Part shown: in pieces, positions 22,555-34,957 of the stretch
Layout: every line of letters begins with the position of its first letter
Numbering within the stretch: the stretch's first letter is position 1
Source of the DNA: Octopus bimaculoides
Lineage: Eukaryota
Direction: 5' to 3'
Assembly: GCF_001194135.2 (NCBI RefSeq)
Contig: NC_068982.1
Span: 127,090,830-127,129,870 of the forward strand
Length of the DNA stretch: 39,041 nt
Position numbers and translations under genes: made by a program
The notes under the pieces: generated by a model
The model's database searches: none
What the model was told of the DNA's origin: nothing
Seen by the model: only the letters and a program-made list of their open reading frames with translations

Positions 22555-22978
22555 TTTACTCTCTCTCTTTCTCTCTCTCTCTCTCTCTTACTTGTTTCTG
22601 TCATTTGACTGCAGCCATGCTGGAGCACCGCCTTTAGTCGAGCAAATCGACCCCAGGACTTATTCTTTGTAGGCCTAGTACTTATTCTATCAGTGTCTTT
22701 TGCCGAACTGCTAAATTATGGGGACATAAACACACCAACATCCATTGTTAAATGATGGTGGGGACAAACACACACACACAAATACACACACACACGCACA
22801 CACACATACACATATATATATATATTTGTATATGATTGGTTTCTTTTAGTTTCCGTCTACCAAATTCACTTACAAGGCTTTGGTCAGCCCAAAGCTATAG
22901 TAGAAGACACTTGCCCAAAATGCTACGCAGTGGGACTGAACTCGAACCATGTAGTTGGGAAGCAAACTTCTTACTATA
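22555..22978 (-). mobile_element. SINE family B (full length)
   Basis: Homologous to the other B copies. Confidence 0.88.
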
Positions 22979-22989
22979 GAGCTCGTATA

Positions 22990-23185
22990 GTGAATGGGGA
23001 AAGCTTGGTCTGCAATGTTTGCAGTCGTGTATGCTTGTCAAGAGCAGGGCTCATTAGCCACCAACGGAGCCACAATTGCAAAATATAAGTTAGTCCTAGA
23101 GCGCACAATGTTCCTGAAGGTCGGCAATGGTCATCCTCGGTCACGAGTGAACGGCCATCATGTATGCATGTATGTATGTATATAA
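22990..23185 (+). mobile_element. RTE-clade LINE, 5'-truncated 3' end (C-terminal C2H2 finger)
   Basis: Frame from 22993 reads NGESLVCNVCSRVCLSRAGLISHQRSHNCKI* (stop 23086-23088), the CxxC-R-C-S-R-G-L-SH-R-H finger typical of RTE ORF ends. A short 3' UTR and an (ATGT)n tail follow. Confidence 0.8.
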
Positions 23186-23494
23186 AGTATAAATACGCTG
23201 TCATTTTATACCTTGCAATGTAGACAAAAAACTGGGATCAGCGACATTGTATAAAAGGTAAACAGTCGTTTACGATTGACTAGTATATTTGATAAATTTC
23301 TAGTTCATTTACAGCAGTCATAGACAAACTGCGGCCTGTGAAATTTTCATAATAGTGCGCCTAGCGAAAAATTACCTTGAAAGTTTTGAGGATGAGCCAT
23401 GTATCATGCGGTCTGCTTCTTGGAAAAGGTTTTCTACACCTAATTTACAACACGCAGTGTCGGCAATGGAAGGGTCGGAATCAGGGAAAGAGGC

Positions 23495-24262
23495 GGATCT
23501 TTGGGGTTTGACAGGCAACATTTGTTTTCTTAACGAAACACTTTCAAACTTGGGACACTAGTAGAATGTGTCATATAAAACAACTTCTTCTCTTAACCTT
23601 CTTAACAAAAAATTGTACATCGCAAGTTATTTCATGTTAAAGTTGTCGTATTTCTGTAATTTCAACCAATCACTGACGTCTATTCAGCTGAATACAGTTA
23701 GTGCTGTTCGGTGTCAAGTGTGTTATTCCCTGTTTAATTATATCATTATTCCCTAGTAAGGGTTTAGGATTTTAGGGTTAGGGTTCGGGTTTTAGGGTTA
23801 GGGTTGGGGTTAGGGTTGGGGTTATGGTTATGAGTTATAGGATTAGAGTTAAGGTTATGGCAAAAATNNNNNNNNNNNNNNNNNNNNNNNNNNNNNNNNN
23901 NNNNNNNNNNNNNNNNNNNNNNNNNNNNNNNNNNNNNNTAAAGCTAAAACCAGTACAAACGCACGAACGATGTCATAAATAAGAATAACACGGGTAGTTG
24001 TTGTTGACAAACAACGGGACTAATTTTATTCAAGGGAAAAGATCCCATGACACCGTTACGGCATTAATTGTTTTCACCTCAATAGACGTCAGTGATTGGT
24101 TGAAATTACCGAAATACGACAATTTTTTTACATAAAATAACTTCGAATACAAAATTTTTTATCTGTTCTATACCACAAAATATACAAATATTCGAAGTTT
24201 GAAAGTGTTTCGGTACCAAAAACACTACAAAGAAAATGTTGCCCGTCAAACCTTAAAGATCC
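23495..24262. mobile_element. Telomere-repeat MITE, copy 2
   Basis: TIR GGATCTTTGGGGTTTGACAGGCAACA / TGTTGCCCGTCAAACCTTAAAGATCC. TSD AAAGAGGC (23487-23494) / ATAGAGGC (24263-24270). TTAGGG-like block ~23760-23865, then an N gap (23868-23938). Confidence 0.9.
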
Positions 24263-24429
24263 ATAGAGGCTTCAATATCACCATCCTTCGGCGTGGTTGA
24301 ACAATCAGTCCCAACCAGTCGGAATGTATAGTAGGACCAACTCCCACATCACCCACACTTTGGTGCTTGATTCGTTCGTACAATTTAACTCTTAGGTAAT
24401 TTCATCTGGGTCGCCAATATTTTTCATCT

Positions 24430-24565
24430 TTCGTAGCTGAGTGACTAGCAACGTAGAATGAAGTACTTTACTGAAGAACACTACATATCGTCCGGTCCAA
24501 GAAACGAAAATACAATCTTACGACCATGAGTCCAACACCAAAACTACTAAGACACACAACCCCAC
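24430..24565 (-). mobile_element. Degenerate SINE head (A2/V-like type)
   Basis: Minus strand GTGGGGTTGTGTGTCTTAGTAG...GGTCGTAAGATTG...CTACGTTGCTAGTCACTCAGCT. Confidence 0.6.
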
Positions 24566-27394
24566 TTATATATGTACACGCTATTGGATGGCCGTTGACT
24601 CTACAGTTTGAATATGGACCAGTGGCTGGTTAATATGCTGACAGAGGAATTAAACTTTCTAGTATTTCAGTGTTTTGTGATAGTTGCAGGAGGGTTAACT
24701 AACAATTAAGAAGACCTAAAAGTTTTATATTTAGTCTGAAGAAGTAATTACACAGCAAACAAAATCATGAGTTAATATGAATACAGATTTTTATCGCTTG
24801 TTTCCAGTTTTCATGCCTTCCCTGAGCAGACGATAATGAAGCAGAAATGTATCTAATAGACGACATATTGGTAATAAAGGGAGAGGCGGAGGAGGAGGGG
24901 TAGAGGAAGGGATGAGCGGATGGGGAAGTATGGGGGAATAGGGAAGAGGGCGGTGAGAAAGTGTGGTGTGAAAGAAAAAAGATTGTGATACATGGTTGAG
25001 AAATAGAGAAGGATGTAAGAAAATTGGGGAAGGAATAGAAAAGATGAAGCAGCGAGAGAAGACTGAGTGAAGCGAAGAGAATAGAGTGAAGCGAAGAGAA
25101 TGTGTATAAGAGGGAAAAGAGAAAGAGTGTAGAGCGAAAGAGGAAGGAAGAGGGAGAATAGAAAAACATAACGGGAAGAAGGGGGTAATAGGGACAGGTG
25201 GAGAGAGAAAGTTGAAATTGGGAAGGAGCGAAAGAGCAGATTGGGATAAGGAGTGGATTAAGAAACAAACACAAGTAACAAAGAAAAGAAAAGAATTTGA
25301 GAACAGAAAAGCGTGAGAAGTTGAGCTTTATCAGTATTCATTAATTTTGCCCGTCATTATCCAATATATAATTTAACTGGCTTAGCTACGTACGATAGAG
25401 ACCCTCTGCTACTTGCTAAGACAAACAGACCATGTATCTCTGATGACCGATTAAATCTCTCATTCTCTCCTTTTCATTTCCGCATGCACGCATGCACGCA
25501 CGCACTCACCCGCACATGTACACACGCACGCACGCACGCACTCACACAGACACACACACACACACGCACACAAAAGCATATTTGTATATATGTTATATAT
25601 ACATGTATGAATGTGTGTGCGTGTATATATATATATATATATATATAAATTGTACAAAAACGCAATAGAGGATAATAAAACATTCGGACAAATAGACGAT
25701 ACTAAGGTGATACAAGGCAAAAACAGACGGGTCATTTGTGGCCTTCTTTCCTGTCAAGTACCAGAAGTCACGACCGTTTCGGGCAGTTACACTCGAGACG
25801 GTTCGATCTGGTTGCCCCTAAAATGTCTAAGCTGGAGTTAGAGGTTAAGTAACCATCTAAGGGATATTAAACATCCAATGTACTACTGGATGTATACCTA
25901 TGTATTTGTATCCAAGGGCTTACTATTGCAGGGCAATATCGCAATTGAATACTAGGTATGGGTGGGGGTAAATTGGAAATTTACCCAGGATTTATAAGGC
26001 AAATAACAAAATGGAAAGGATAAACAATCGACAAATATCAGCCTGTAAACATTCAATTACATCTATTTCTTAATTGATTACAACCATATGTGTAAGTGAT
26101 CCAAATTAAAAAAAATGAAATGAGCAAATAAATAAGTAAATAAAAATAAGCGAATAAAAATAGATGAGTGTACAAATAATAAACTCTTACAGCTGTTTTT
26201 AACACGAGGCTGCCAAATCTTCCAAGTTTTCCACATCACGCCAGTGATATACAGGGATGAACAAACACTGTACAGGGGTTGGACACTGGTTGAGCCCCAA
26301 GACTTCATCAGAGAGAGACCAAATGTTAAGAAACTAACATGTGGGAAAGTAAGTTAAAATAATAAAGTAACGTAAAATAAAAATAAAAGTAATGTAACCA
26401 AAATAGTAAGGAATGGTAAGAACGTCATTTCAAGGTGCTATCATAATCCATGGTATTACATTTTATGGTAAAGAAAGTCACTTCCAGGAGGAATTTCCGC
26501 AGGCTGTGAAGGTTACATTGTGCTTCAATTATACCGGGGGAAATAGCGAGGGTAAGATGTTGTGTAAAAGAGTTTGATGGTATGATCCATGTCACAGGGG
26601 TCAGAAGTTAGAGGCTAACTGCTATTTAATAGAGCATTATAAAAGGAATTGGCAGAATTAACTTAAATTGAACCTGTTTGGAGAAATTTAATACGTAAGT
26701 ATATCAATGAAAAAAAAATTAGGTAAAACCTTAGTGCGATGTTGTTATTTATTAACAGAAACTTAATCCCAATATCCATATGGGTAGTAGGGTGAGGTCA
26801 AAGTTAATCCTATAACTTAATTGGTCAGCTAATATTTGAAAACAATGGCGTTGTTCAGGTCCGTTAAAACAATAAATAAAGTACAAGACAAGTAAAAACA
26901 AAAATAAAATGATTCTCGGCCCGGACTATGTATTGTGACTTTTTACCATGACTTTTTGCCATGACAACCGCTGTGTATTGTGACTTGTTACCATGACAAC
27001 CGCACGTTGTGTTGTGTTCCACACGCAGACCACGAAATTTACTTCACCTGCGTGTTTTGTTTTAACGAAAATTTATATTTATCAATAAGAACTTTATTAT
27101 AAATTTTTTTGCCAAATGTCTTAATATTTTACATATTTTTCATATATAGCAAAAGTTGTTTACGATGTTTATGCAGTTTCTTGGCATTACGAAGGTGAAT
27201 GGAATATGTGAACTTAGTACAGATAATTTGACATTATTCTTGAATTCTGCATGCAAAAACATATAAGATACAGGTATTCTTTTTCTTGGGACACATTCTT
27301 TGTTGACCAGTGTTATCCTTATCCTAGTTTACAAATCCAAACATAAAAACGTTACTCAACTTTGAAGTTTTGGAGACAGACGTCCCCATTTCAC

Positions 27395-27457
<63 letters not shown>

Positions 27458-28231
27458 CACATCCACTTATATATTAACGATGTACAGAAATACATGACAG
27501 GTAATCATAATACTGAAATACGCATAAAATAAACCCATGCAGACAGATATGTTAATATTACAAATTAACAAAAAAAAAAAAAGATAATAATAATAAAATA
27601 AAAACATACAATCAATGAAGAGACAGAAGAAACAGTAAGATGATACATGTTGATTTTATTAGGTATTTTTCAGTTTGTTTAGAAACCTACAATGAAGAGA
27701 TGCTAAACTATAAATTACACAGGGTACAACCTTAAAGTTGACACCGCTTTGCTAAACGCAGAAAATTTGTGTCTCGCTATTGGCTATAAATATGGTTTTT
27801 TCGATTTTTAAACCTCTATAACTTTTCCTTCCAATTTCATTCTCCACAACATCATACCTTCATAACAATTAGATTGGAAAACTTTATTATTATAACCGAT
27901 TTTCAGATTCTTTACTGTCTTAAAAGATGCATATTTTGCGAATGAAACAAAAAACTAGATTCGTGACTCCTACCACAGTGAAGACTCACCGGAGCCTGGG
28001 CACAGTAAGATGTTCAAATATTTTTGAAAATGCTATCATCCACTCAGTGTAAATCTGTTATATTTTGAGAGAGAACATTGAAGATTTGTGACCAGCCTCT
28101 ACGAAATCCAAACTATTGCACAGTCTTATTCTTATTGAAGAAAAAGTAAAACTTATAGAACTATGCAATGGCACCCTGTTCGGTAATTTGCGTAGTTTTC
28201 AATGTCAATGTAGTTTTCTGTCGCTCCAGAA

Positions 28232-28479
28232 CAGTGATTCTCACCCATTTTCTTTTTAACTATGGACCCCTTTGATTTCTATTTTGATTAAGTAGAACCT
28301 CACAGTCATTCGATATCTTTAAAAATCCCATTATAATTTTATAATTGAATATAAAAAATTGCATTAGAAGACTGTCGAAATATTTTGTGTATTTTAGTAA
28401 TATAACCAATTTATTGCACTTAAATTATATCAACAAAATGGACCCCAAATGTCATATGGACCCCGGTTGAGAACCACTA
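28232..28479. mobile_element. hAT (Charlie-type) MITE
   Basis: Termini CAGTGATTCTCA / GGTTGAGAACCACTA. 8-bp flanks CTCCAGAA / CTCTAGAC resemble the NTCTAGAN target of hAT-Charlie elements. Internal ATGGACCCC repeats. Confidence 0.78.
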
Positions 28480-29874
28480 CTCTAGACATTTCTAGATAAA
28501 GAATGTGGCATATAATTTCATTCTTCATTCCAAAGAATATAACTTCAAAAATTATATCTTCTCCCATTTGGTGCATGAAATCAAATTTTTTCTGAGTGAG
28601 AAATGTAAGAGAAAAAGAAAAGGAAACTACCAAATTTACCATATCTGGGTGACGTAGTTTAAAAATTATTGCTATTTCAGTGATTAGGTATGTTTCAGCC
28701 TTGTATTTTGTAATGTGATTTTAAAGAAGAATAATAATCAAGCGAAAAATATTGTGACTCTATCTGTGAACGGGAAGCCAAAATTTATAAAGAAGTTAAA
28801 GGCTGGCTTCGATGGCGAGAATTTGTGAAGTGTATTTATTAAAATGCCAAGTTTTGTGTATATACAAGGTAAAAGATAACATTTTTACATTTTCTTAGAA
28901 ATAAAACGTGAGAAATTCTGAATTACGCCACTGGTGCAAGGAAGTGTATGAGAGTTGGGGAAGATACAAACCATGAGAAGACATTAATGAAGCGCTTATT
29001 AACCAAAGATCTCTTATTAACAACGTCAAGGGTGCCGGATCTTAAAGTGCTATTGCCATATGGGCAACAAGAATTTTAGAACTGGTCTCAGGTGATTATG
29101 AGAATTTCTAAATCACCATGGAATGGGCAATAAACCCACCCAAGCTGAATCAGGCAGTGCACCAACCGAAGAAATGGAATCATTAAAAAAGATGCTGAGA
29201 GTGAAGAGCTCCTAAATTTTCAAGTTTATAATAAGAATAAAACCGACGACCTCTAACCCGGAATTCCTAAACTTCCAGAAGTGAAGCATTCTTACTTGGT
29301 CGTAAAATAAACAAGAAACGTTTGTCGGCATCGTGTTGCACGGAAATAGAAAGTATGCATATTTTAAAGCTAGTCGTTGGATAGATCAGCATGGCTGTGA
29401 GTTTTGAAAGACGTGTTGCATCAACTACCAATGTATTTTTAGCATTCTTTAAAATCGTGTATTACTTTCTTGTAGTTCATTCCTGGAGAGCGTAAATGTT
29501 GAGAAAACTCTATTCAGAATTTCTGATGATGATAACGTGATGGTGCTACAAATTTTGAAAAATGCGTCTCCTCGACCAGGTAGTCACAAACATATTTGTA
29601 ATCGTAATGAAATTAGTGACATGATTTTTGCATTCAATATCACCTCCATAGACCTGCTAAAGTTTGAAGACATAATTGTATAATTGAAAAATTGCAATCT
29701 GCAAGCGAATCCATCTACGAAGATTGGCGAGTTCTAGATATCGAATTGGACAAAATGGCAAAAGGGAAATAGATAAACAACTCCCTTTAAAATAATTTAG
29801 AATTATCATAACAACAACAACAACAATTATAAGAAATAAAAACAGTTTTCATGCTACTGAATGATAAAAGATTC

Positions 29875-29906
<32 letters not shown>

Positions 29907-30013
29907 GGGAAAGAGAGAGAGAAGGGGAAGAGGGGGGGCTACATATATACACACACACACAATATATTTATACTCAAATGCAAGTACCTGATTCTATCTG
30001 AATCCTTATTTTA

Positions 30014-30052
<39 letters not shown>

Positions 30053-30299
30053 CACATACACATTAATTCATACATGCATGCATATACAAATATTGTATGT
30101 GTGTGTGTATGTGTGTGTCCATGTGTGTCTGTGTGCGCGTGTGTGCGTGTGTGTCTCGCTTCCTCTCGTAAGGATCGGTCTTCAGGAGTAAAGGGAACGC
30201 AAAGATGAACGCGCTTGGCGAAGCAGCCCCCACATCTTTTTTTATTAACAAACAGGTTCACATTGACACAGCACGCCATGACCACTCCTAAAAGGGTTC

Positions 30300-30650
30300 T
30301 ATCATCCCTTCTGACGCCCAACAACCGTGAATCCATCCTTACGTAGCACCTGTCTCTCGTTTCCGGTGAGGGTCACCAATCAAACTGATCAGCCAGAGAC
30401 TTGGCGAAAAATAACCCACTTCCTCATTTTTTTATTGTTTATTTTATTCGTTTTTGTTTTTGGCAGCTTCCGGTTTCGACACGTGGGCTGATGTCTGCGT
30501 CATGCATAAACCACCGTTTAATTGCTTTTACATAAGTATTATAACTCATAGGTACACGCTAATATATGTATACGCTCACATTTTACACAGAATATTTTGT
30601 ACACAAAACTCGCAATTTTACTGACTTACATTGACTTCCGGTGCAACTCA
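30300..30650. promoter_or_regulatory. Candidate Pol II promoter or regulatory region
   Basis: Non-repetitive and locally CpG-containing, with three TTCCGG (ETS-like) sites at ~30361, 30468 and 30636, CCAAT at 30376, CACGTG at 30480 and TGCGTCA at 30496. Motifs only. Confidence 0.25.
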
Positions 30651-30753
30651 GACTAAAACAACAAACTCAAATCATAATTTTTTTTTACTCTACTTTATAT
30701 TATTCATTTGTAAATATCCAAACTATTTTACATCATCATCATCATTATCATCG

Positions 30754-30785
<32 letters not shown>

Positions 30786-30793
30786 CGTTATTA

Positions 30794-30826
<33 letters not shown>

Positions 30827-31324
30827 GCTAATAATGAATGAGACAGACACATTGAAACATGGTAAAAATAATATTTATTTCAATAAATTGTGAATTACTT
30901 TTTCTTGTCTTTTTTTCTTTTTTGTAACATGTCCAGTTGCTGAAAAGAACATTTTTTTTTCCTAGGAATATATCATTTCTATATGAAGATGTTTGTATTT
31001 AATTCGTCTTTCGTTGAAAGCATTAAAAAAGAAATTGTTTTATAAATGGCAGCTTATGTAAAAAAAGACCGTATTATAATGAGAGAAACAAGCCTCTTTT
31101 ATTTATCGGGTTTGAGCAACGGCGATAACAATACACGAAGAATAGCATAACCACCACCACCACCACCACCACTGTCGCCGCCGCCACCGCCATCTTCATA
31201 TTCATCATCACCATCTCCACCACCTTCGTCATCATTGTCACCATCACCACCACCACCACCATCACCATAGCTGCCATCACTAACAAAATAAAAAAAGACC
31301 AAATAAATTCATAAATAGCACACC

Positions 31325-31760
31325 ATCGCAAGAATTGGCCCCACTCTTCAGGGCTAGAAGATATTTGAGCTCCCAACGGCTGCTGACACTCTACAAAAGT
31401 TCAAGTGAGAAATACTGCTCTTAAACCTAGGACGGTGCTACTGCTATGCACACAGACATCTTAAACCACATCCAGTCAACTGACTGTCATTCATTCACCA
31501 ACCAACAAGCGCCAGCCTCCCGCCCATGAGCACATTGTCCCCTCCCTCCTGTTTTGTTATAATGGCCGCTCTTCCTCAGAGCTAGTTTGTCTCATACCTT
31601 CTCCATATTCAAACATTTCTGATCCACTAATCCAATCTCCGTTTCTGGACTAACCCTATGCTATTTGGAATCTTCTCTCTGCCGACTCATGTCTTTCCTG
31701 CAAGTGTTGACCTGCAACAGTTTAAATGGAACGGCAACGGCATCACGTGTACTAGTTTCA
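31325..31760 (+). mobile_element. CR1/L2-group LINE, 3' fragment
   Basis: Frameshifted translation LFRARRYLSSQRLLTLYKS..KYCS**DGATAMHTDILNHIQ...SLLFCYNGRSSSELVCLIPSP...WNLL..HVFPASVDLQQFK matches the post-RT C-terminus of invertebrate CR1-group ORF2. Confidence 0.75.
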
Positions 31761-31906
31761 GTGATCCTCCAAAGGCCATAGGCATTAAACCTTCTAGAAT
31801 TAGCAAGCAAAGAAAAACAAAACAAAATACATTATTATAATTAGCAACGACACGGACAACAGCCACAGCAACAACATCAAAAACAATAAAGCAGTGACAT
31901 ATAATA

Positions 31907-32233
31907 GGAGCACTCCGTCGGTTACGACGACGAGGGTCCCAGCTGATACGATCAACGGAACAGCTTGCTCGTGAAATTAACGTGCAAGTGACTTAGCAAT
32001 CTACAGACACGTGTACCCCTAATGTAGTTCTCGGGGAGATTCAGCGTGACACATAGCATGACAAGGCCGGCCCTTTGAAATACATGTACTACTCATTTTT
32101 GTCAGCTGAATGGACTGGAGCAACGTGAAATAAAGTGTCTTGCTCAAGGACACAACGCGTCGCCAGGAATTGAACTCACGACCTTACGATCGTGAGCCGA
32201 ATGCCCTAACCATTCAGCCACGCGCCTTCACTA
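31907..32233 (-). mobile_element. SINE family A2 (full length)
   Basis: Homologous to 8338-8668. 12-bp TSD TGACATATAATA (31895-31906, 32234-32245). Confidence 0.9.
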
Positions 32234-32586
32234 TGACATATAATAGTGGCACTGTAGACAGAGTAACTTCAAATGGATAGCATTCCAGTTTTAAAAGAAT
32301 ACTGAAAGCGTAAATCAGGTCAAACAATAATGCCATAGCCTCATCTTACTTGAGGAGGAGGTATAACGCCTACACTGGAGCAACATTACCTGTTGGTGTT
32401 TCAAGAAAAAAAAACCCTCAACGTTCAGGCTGAAAATTTCTCAAGTTGTCAAGTAATTAATTTCAGGGACTTTCCGGGTGTTCATAACTTACCTTTATTA
32501 TTGAAAAATTCAGAAACAAAAAATGCAAATTAAATATAGCTCAGCAAAGTTCATTGGCAAACAAATAGTTTTTTTGGAAACATTAT

Positions 32587-32730
32587 AGCGGTTCGGCAAA
32601 CGGTCACCAATAAAAGAAGTACCAGCCTTTAAAAAACGAAAAGAAGTACTAAGGTCGATTTGTTAGAATGAAATTCTTCAAGGTAGTACCCCAGCATGTC
32701 CGCAGTCTAATGACTGAAACGAGTAAAGAA
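32587..32730 (+). mobile_element. SINE family B, degenerate 3' fragment
   Basis: TAGCGGTTCGGCAAA...CCAGCATGTCCGCAGTCTAATGACTGAAACGAGTAAAG. Confidence 0.7.
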
Positions 32731-33447
32731 TTTACACGTTGGCCCCTTTGGTTGCATGCTGCATCCAGACGAAACAATACGAGTATGAGCTCGGTGTATT
32801 TTAATTTATGGTAGGCGATTTGTTCCATCACAAGAAGAAAGCAGGGTAAGGTGGAACTGTTACTTGTTCGCAATTAAAATCCTAAGTACTAAATACTCCT
32901 CAATATGCGGGGGTAAGAATTTCTTAGAAGTAATTAATCGATTCCAGTTGAAGAGTAGATATCAGAAAAAACCTCCCTGATTGTATATTATATATACAGC
33001 AGTAGTAAATCGACTAAGTTGTCCGCAGAGTTTTAACACACTTAAGAGTATTTAGCTACATAAATCACAAAATCGTTATGGGCACTGTAAACCAAGATAG
33101 AAACTCCAGACAAATTCCCAGATTCTGAAGCTAGGCGTCTACAAAGACTAGCTTTATCTACGAGTTAACTGATGGGATCCGTTGTAAATTGATGAAAAGC
33201 AACAGACTTCAACAAGGTATGAAGAAAGAAGTGTCTTTAGCATGAAGCAATGCACAGTTATGCCAATGGCCTTCTTACCAATATCAACATGAAAACCTTA
33301 AGAAAGAGAGTATAACTCTGCTGAGTTCAGCACGTGAAGACGCGATATCGACAGTTTTTTCTTGTCGGTCTGCCATAGCTCTTAGCATCATAAGCAAAAT
33401 GGTGGAGCATCTCAGCATCATGGTCTCAGCATCATAAGCAAAATCGT

Positions 33448-33562
33448 AGAGCTTTAGGTGTTTTCGCTCATTAAACAAACGCAACGCCTGGTCTGGGAAT
33501 CGAAACCGCGATCCTCCAACTGCGAGTCCGCTGCCCTAACCACTGGACCATTGCGCCTCCAC
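33448..33562 (-). mobile_element. SINE family A, 5' head fragment
   Basis: Near-identical to 1000-1112. Confidence 0.82.
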
Positions 33563-33567
33563 ATAAA

Positions 33568-33819
33568 TAAATGCGCCCTTTTAAAGCCTAGCCAGGCTCA
33601 TGGGTCCGGTTTCCCGGTTTCAATGGCGTATGTGTTCCCCAGCTGGACGGGACACCAGCCCATCGCAGCGTCTCTCATTTTTGCCAGCTGAGTGGACTGG
33701 AGCAACGTGGAATGAAGTATTTTGCTCAGGAACACAATGCGTCGCCCGATCCAGGAATCAAAACCACAATCTTACGACCATGATGGTGACACCCTAACCA
33801 CTAAGCCACGTGCCTCCAC
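33568..33819 (-). mobile_element. tRNA-derived SINE with an A2-type head/middle and a distinct (V-domain-like) 3' half
   Basis: Minus strand GTGGAGGCACGTGGCTTAGTGG...TTGCTCCAGTCCACTCAGCTGGCAAAAATGAG, then CTGCGATGGGCTGGTGTCCCGTCCAG...GAAACCGGGAAACCGG. The V-domain label is recalled similarity. Confidence 0.8.
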
Positions 33820-34464
33820 GATGTTAGAATACACAAATTTAAAATTATTAGTCGTGTTTCTCATAGCTCTTATGTATTTCATATAATTATGTTAACACTT
33901 ATGATTATTATACCACATTAGAAGTTATTTTTTAGGGGAATTGCCTTTCACCTTNNNNNNNNNNNNNNNNNNNNNNNNNNNNNNNNNNNNNNNNNNNNNN
34001 NNNNNNNNNNNNNNNNNNNNNNNNNNNNNNNNNNNNNNNNNNNNNNNNNNNNNNNNNNNNNNNNNNNNNNNNNNNNNNNNNNNNNNNNNNNNNNNNNNNN
34101 NNNNNNNNNNNNNNNNNNNNNNNNNNNNNNNNNNNNNNNNNNNNNNNNNNNNNNNNNNNNNNNNNNNNNNNNNNNNNNNNNNNNNNNNNNNNNNNNNNNN
34201 NNNNNNNNNNNNNNNNNNNNNNNNNNNNNNNNNNNNNNNNNNNNNNNNNNNNNNNNNNNNNNNNNNNNNNNNNNNNNNNNNNNNNNNNNNNNNNNNNNNN
34301 NNNNNNNNNNNNNNNNNNNNNNNNNNNNNNNNNNNNNNNNNNNNNNNNNNNNNNNNNNNNNNNNNNNNNNNNNNNNNNNNNNNNNNNNNNNNNNNNNNNN
34401 NNNNNNNNNNNNNNNNNNNNNNNNNATATATGAGTGGCTATGTCATAGGCGGGGGAATGGCTGT

Positions 34465-34697
34465 CTAGCAAGTAGCTTGCTTATCAACCACATGGTTTCC
34501 GGGTTCAGTCCCACTGCGTGGCACTTTGGGGCCGACCAAAGCCTTGTGAGTAGATTTGGTAGACGGAAACTGAAAGAAGCCCGTCGTATATATATGTATA
34601 TGTGTGTTTGTGTGTGTGTGTGTGTGTGTGTATGTTTGTGTGTTTGTATTTGTCTCCCCACCATCGCTTGACAACCGATGCTGGTGTGTTTACGTCT
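34465..34697 (+). mobile_element. SINE family B, 5' portion
   Basis: AGTAGCTTGCTTATCAACCACATGG...GGGTTCAGTCCCACTGCGTGG...GGTGTGTTTACGTC. Confidence 0.82.
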
Positions 34698-34861
34698 GAG
34701 CAGTGGTTTTACAAAATCAATTGGCTTTTTGCGTGCAAATACCCATAGGGATTTTATTTTGGGCCGTAGCTTTTATATTTTTTTATCTGATTTTAATAAA
34801 CATCGATATTATGTAAATAGAGGAATTTATCTGTAAAAATATGTGACACTTATTCGGTAGC

Positions 34862-34909
<48 letters not shown>

Positions 34910-34957
34910 TATCATCATCATCATCATCATCAACAACAACAACAACAACAACAATAA

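Noticed and set aside
23355-24320. Open frames restored by removing MITE copy 2 (about 60-70 aa on either strand)
   Set aside because: No recognisable similarity, start context or splice signals.
24765-25274. 169-aa minus-strand ORF
   Set aside because: Translation of a purine-rich low-complexity tract (F/S/L/P bias) with no recognisable domain.
26270-26330. Hammerhead-like CTGATGA-AGTC-TTGG-GGCT on the minus strand
   Set aside because: The GAAA core is absent (CAAC) and there is no stem I pairing.
29476-29579. Plus-strand exon-like open segment SFLESVNVEKTLFRISDDDNVMVLQILKNASPRP
   Set aside because: Good acceptor but weak donor (GTAGTC), no partner exons and no recognisable homology.
29974-30336. 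120-aa minus-strand ORF MDSRLLGVRR...
   Set aside because: Half is microsatellite translation and the rest has no recognisable features.
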